From: Eledone cirrhosa | Lineage: Eukaryota | Assembly (NCBI GenBank): GCA_964016885.1 | Contig: OZ024740.1 | Coordinates: 398,722,001-398,786,000, forward strand | Reading direction: 5' to 3' | DNA: 64,000 nucleotides | Part shown: positions 59,420 to 64,000 of the stretch, piece after piece | How positions within the stretch are numbered: the first letter of the stretch is position 1 | Layout: every line of letters begins with the position of its first letter | Made by a program: the position numbers and the translations under genes | Notes under the pieces: model-generated | Seen by the model: the letters and a program-made list of their open reading frames with translations, nothing else | What the model was told of the DNA's origin: nothing | Databases searched by the model: none

Positions 59420-62400
59420 TGAAACAAGCTTCAAAAACCGAGGATCGTGTCTTCCTCTACCATTGTTCCTGAACAACAGCAAAAACCAACGACCGTAGCT
59501 TCTGCTACTACCCTCGTTGAAGGACTTCATCAACAACAGCAACCCATGTCTTCCTCACCCGTTACTTTTCAACAACAACAACCGACGACTGTGTCTTCTA
59601 CCATGCCTGTTGAAGGCGAAGAACAACAACAAAAACCGACCGTCAATACGGAGTTTGAGGAAATACGGCAAAGGATTTCCGCTTTAAGCCAAGAAATAGC
59701 GGAAATAAAATCAAGCGTTCGTGTAGAACCCCACAATGAGGGATCTTACCGGAGTGCCTTGTTAAAAAATCTCCGCGTACCTCATGTTGAACCTAGACGC
59801 ATTGAGAATGCCACTGAATCTGCAAACCACGAAGTGATTGCCATTGGTGTGCCGGAAGACATAGTTGATCTTCAGGCATTTGCTGCCAGTTCATCCAAAG
59901 ACCTGGGCTGAAACCCAGGCTAATTAGACTGTCGTTTTCAAACTCAACTGAGTCACGTTCATACCTTGTAGCCTCTGATAAAGCTAGGCGTGAAAGTCGG
60001 ATTGCTTTCCGAACACGCCCTGGTCTTCCACCTGATGTCCGCCCAAAGTTGCGTGCTGCAGCTTCCTTAAACCGCAGCTCGGCAGAACATGAAAGCTTCA
60101 GCCTACGAGATGATGGGCAGATATGGAAGTTTGTTAAGGCTGGCGAAACATGGAAAAGAGACACCAACTGATCTGAAAACACTGTACCCACAACAACTGA
60201 CAATAAAGAAACTGAAAAAACTCTGGGAAACTAAATCAGAACAACCTGCCATCCCCTGCACATAATCATAGACTGGAATCAAGGTACATATTGTTGTCCT
60301 TGAATGCACGTAGTCTATGCAATAAGATTCATCTTTTTGACTCCTACGTCAAAAGTATCAACCCTGACTTCATTACAGTCACGGAAACTTGGGTACATCC
60401 CTTACTCTGTGATGGGGTTTTCAGCATGACTGGCTACAACCTGTTTCGTAAAGACCGCATTAATCGTGGTGGTGGTGGTGTAATGGTTTACGTTCGGTCA
60501 AATCTGTCGGCAATTCCTTGTGCTGATTTGAACCAATCACAGCAGGAAGTTTTTTTCTGCGATATACCTATGACCATGTCAACACTGCTACTTGGAGTCG
60601 TTTACCATCCCCCAAATTACCATCAGGACACTCAACTTTGTGATATCCTCAGAGCTGCTGCCAGGAAGACAGCCACTTATGTTTTCATTGCAGGAGACTT
60701 CAATCACCTTGAGATTGACTGGGAAACCTTTCGTTGGCCGCCAAGTGCAAATGACTTCCTTGAGCTAGTGCTGGACTCGAGTTGGTCCTAGGTGGTCACC
60801 TCCCCAACGAGAGGTGACAACACTTTGGACCTAGTCTTCACCACTACTCCTGAAACGGTCATTAGTGTTACTGCTGAGGAACCTTTAGGTGACTCTCATC
60901 ATTCTATGATCATTGCCAATCTATCCCTCATGGGCAGTAACAAGAACCACAACCATCTCCAAACTGCTCACTTTGACTGGAATAAAGCAGACTGGAACTG
61001 TTACTGCACCGAGTTGCAACGGCCAAACTGGCTTGAGTTCTACGACTCTGGAGATGTCAACACTGTACTCCAGAACATCCTGAGCTCAATATGGACAGCA
61101 TGTGCAGCATCGGTGCCACGTAAACGGAAAAAACATCCCAAAAGCGCAATTTGGGAGACTGCAGCAGTTCGTCTTGCCAGAAAAGAACAGCACAATGCTG
61201 AACGTGAGTACAAACTTCACAAATCAGACATTAATAGGAAGAGGCGAAATAGATCGACAACCACCTCAAATAGGTGACAAAAAAGGCAGTGCTTCAATTT
61301 GCTTAGTGGTTAGAGCATTGGCCTTGCAATCGAAAGGTTGTGAGTTCAATTCTCAGACCGAGTGATGTGTTGTTTCCTTGAGCAAGACACTTTATTTCAC
61401 ATTGCTCCAGTTTACTCAGCTGTAGAAATGAGATGATAGGGACTGGGATCCCTATCATTCCACTGCAAAGTGGTCGTGGAGGTGCCACGGCAAAAAAGCA
61501 CCCAGCACTCACTGTAAATGAGGTTGGTGTTAGGAAGGGCATCCAGCTGTAGAAATCATGCCAGCATCAGTTTCCGTCCCACCCTTGCAAGCAGGGAAAA
61601 GTGGACGTAAAAAGAAATGATGAAAATGAAAAAAAAATGAATAGCAACCAGCCCTGACCGTAAGGTGTTCTGGAAGTATTTTCACTCAAAGCAGAGGCCT
61701 CACTCTCCAGTTGGTCCTCTTCGCAATCCCCACACAAGCCAGGTTACTGACGACCCCAAGGAATGCGCAGAGCTCATTGCTGAATGCTATGCAGGCATTT
61801 TCACTATTGAAGACCAAAATGTACCATCTCCACCACCTATGACACCGGACTCTATTACAACCATGGAATTTACACCTGCAATGCTGCAACGTCACCTAAA
61901 AAATAAACGCAACCATGCCTCTCCTGGTCTTGATGGTGTTACGTACCTGCTTCTTAAACGTGGTGGGTACTTCCTTCTGCACCAGTTATCACGCTTCCAA
62001 TTCTGTCTGAACAACAGTGCTACTCCAGAACAGTGGAAAACTGCCAGTGTCATTCCTCTGTTCAAAAAGGGTGACCACGCATCACCTGTGAACTATCATC
62101 CAGTCAGTCTTACTAGCTGCATCGCCAAACTGATGGAATCCTGTGTCAGAGAAACACTTTGGAACTTCTGGAGCTCTCAGTCTTATCCGACCCTCGCAAT
62201 TTGGATTTATCCCCAACTCCAGCTGCTGTGATCAACTTATAGAGTTTCTTGAGGACATCACCCGGATCACTGATGGCGGCTCATGGGTGGATGTTGTTTA
62301 CCTTGACTTTGCGAAAGCCTTCAATTCTGTGCCATACAAAAGGCTTATGGCAAAACTCTCTGCAATGGGTGTGAAGGATGATTTTTTTAACTGGTTGAAG

Positions 62401-63500
62401 TCCTTCATTCTCAGTCGAAGAGAGGTAGTCACGGTTCTGGGACAGCATTCCTCACCATATGAGATGTCATCTGGTGTACCACAGGGTTCTGTTCTTGGCC
62501 CCCTTTTGTTTGTGGCATATATTAATGATATAGATGCCAACTTAAAGAATGCCACAGTACTAAAGTACGCAGAGACATCAAGCTGTACCTTGAGATAAAA
62601 AGGACAATCCTGAACACTATAGATCTTGCTTGCAGTCTGACCTGGACACAATGCAACAATGGATCTCAGACTGGCAACTCAAGCTAGCTGTGGACAAGTG
62701 CACCACCATGCATTTTGGGAGTAAAAACCCAGCGTCCACATACTCCCTCCACAGCACTAATATCAAGAAGTCTTGTGAACGTGACCTAGGCATTACGGTC
62801 AGCAGCGATTTGCGTTGGACGAAGCACATCTCTAAAATTGTCAAGAGGGCCGAGGGTGTCTTAGCATCACTCAGCAAGACCTTTGTCAGCCGCTCTCCAG
62901 ATATCTATTTAAGGCTGTACATGGCTATGGTGCGACCACACTTAGAATTTGCATCACCAGTCTGGAACCCCTATCTTGCTCAGAACATTGACCGCCTGGA
63001 AACTGTTCAGAGACGTGCAACCAAGCGAATACCCTCCATCAGGCATCTACCATACTCTGAGTGCCTTGTTTCCCTGGGCATGGATACATTGAAGCTCCGA
63101 CGCTTGGCAACTGACTTGGTAAATACCCACAAAATTGTTAACCATGTTGCCAACAACAACCCTGAGTACCTTTTTGATTTCCACGTGTCTAACACACGTG
63201 GACATGCCCACAAAGTAAGAAAACAGCACAGTTCCTATGACTTTCGGAAACATTTTTTCACGCTCAGAGTTGCTGAAGCATGGAACAAACTGCCTGCATC
63301 AGTTGTTAGCTGTCGAGACACTGCATCCTTTAAGGCCTCTATGCTTCCCGAGATCCGCCAACACTACAGCTAACACATACACACATGTACTTCCCTGACA
63401 TTTGTGTATTATTCTATGTACTATACAATCACCTTTGACGAGTTGTAGTGCACCTGAGCACTTTACACAATAATTTCATTATTATTATTATTATTATTAT
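59420..63500 (+). mobile_element. Near full-length decayed CR1 LINE (ORF1, APE, RT)
   Basis: Q/T-rich and coiled-coil ORF1 with shifted KPRLIRLSF; APE motifs NARSL.NK, TETW, RKDR..RGGGV, GDFNH, TRGDNTLDLV; RT broken by frameshifts; (ATT)n tail. Confidence 0.95.
61301..61640 (+). mobile_element. SINE family A inserted in CR1 ORF2
   Basis: 5'-clipped SINE interrupting the linker; CR1 flanks are collinear with 20460-20520(-) apart from about 8 bp lost. Confidence 0.9.
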
Positions 63501-64000
63501 ATGATCATGGTTTTACACCAATTTTTCAATGCTAGTATGGATTGAATTGAATGTTCTGAAACAATATTTTACAACTAGACACCCTTTTTTAGTCACCTCT
63601 TATGACATGCAGGTATATGGCATACCTATTCTAAAAACTGAGATACACACAGTAAACTGGAATATACATAGTAAAGCTGTTTTCCTAAATTCACTTTCAG
63701 TACAATCTTGACCCTAGAACTGTCAAACCTGAAGATTGTTGTAGCTTATTTGATTAAATCTTATTTTAGTGTGCCATTAAAACGAAAATAGAATTTTAAG
63801 ATTTAAATTAAAAAAGTGAAACAACAAAATGTATTTAGTTTCTGTAAGAAATATATTATCTATTGGAATTTCGTATTTCTAAAAAATACGGTATGTTTAT
63901 AAATAAACATTTAGAAAGCCATACCTATGCAAAAACACCAGTGGCTATTGCCACCTGGCAGTGTCCAGTGGAAGTAAGGGGGACAATCATCGATGCAACA

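Overview
AT-rich, repeat-dense animal genomic DNA. The SINE/LINE repertoire and microsatellite load suggest a coleoid cephalopod, probably an octopus (inference). Two spliced host genes missed by the ORF track were reconstructed from GT-AG sites. On the - strand are the first two coding exons of a DHRS4-like short-chain dehydrogenase (14693-14635 and 3515-3338; the gene continues off the left edge). On the + strand is a complete 10-exon TK2-type deoxynucleoside kinase (31946-58632, 248 aa, putative mitochondrial presequence). The rest is mostly transposon debris: CR1 LINEs (one near full length), CRE-clade restriction-like-endonuclease LINEs, many RTE fragments, tRNA-derived SINE families, a Merlin DNA transposon with TIRs and TSD, Helitron-like elements, and piggyBac-like and Tc1-like MITEs. 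The most unusual structure lies just upstream of DHRS4 (about 16.1-18.2 kb): a cluster of fold-back palindromes embedded in (TA)n, with minimal type-I hammerhead-ribozyme motifs of the Penelope-element type. Other points of interest are a 73-nt tRNA-like cloverleaf with a GGC anticodon, PHD fingers in two unrelated LINE clades, and inverted LINE pairs inside TK2 introns that are candidate ADAR substrates. All coordinates and alignments were read by eye; repeat boundaries are approximate.
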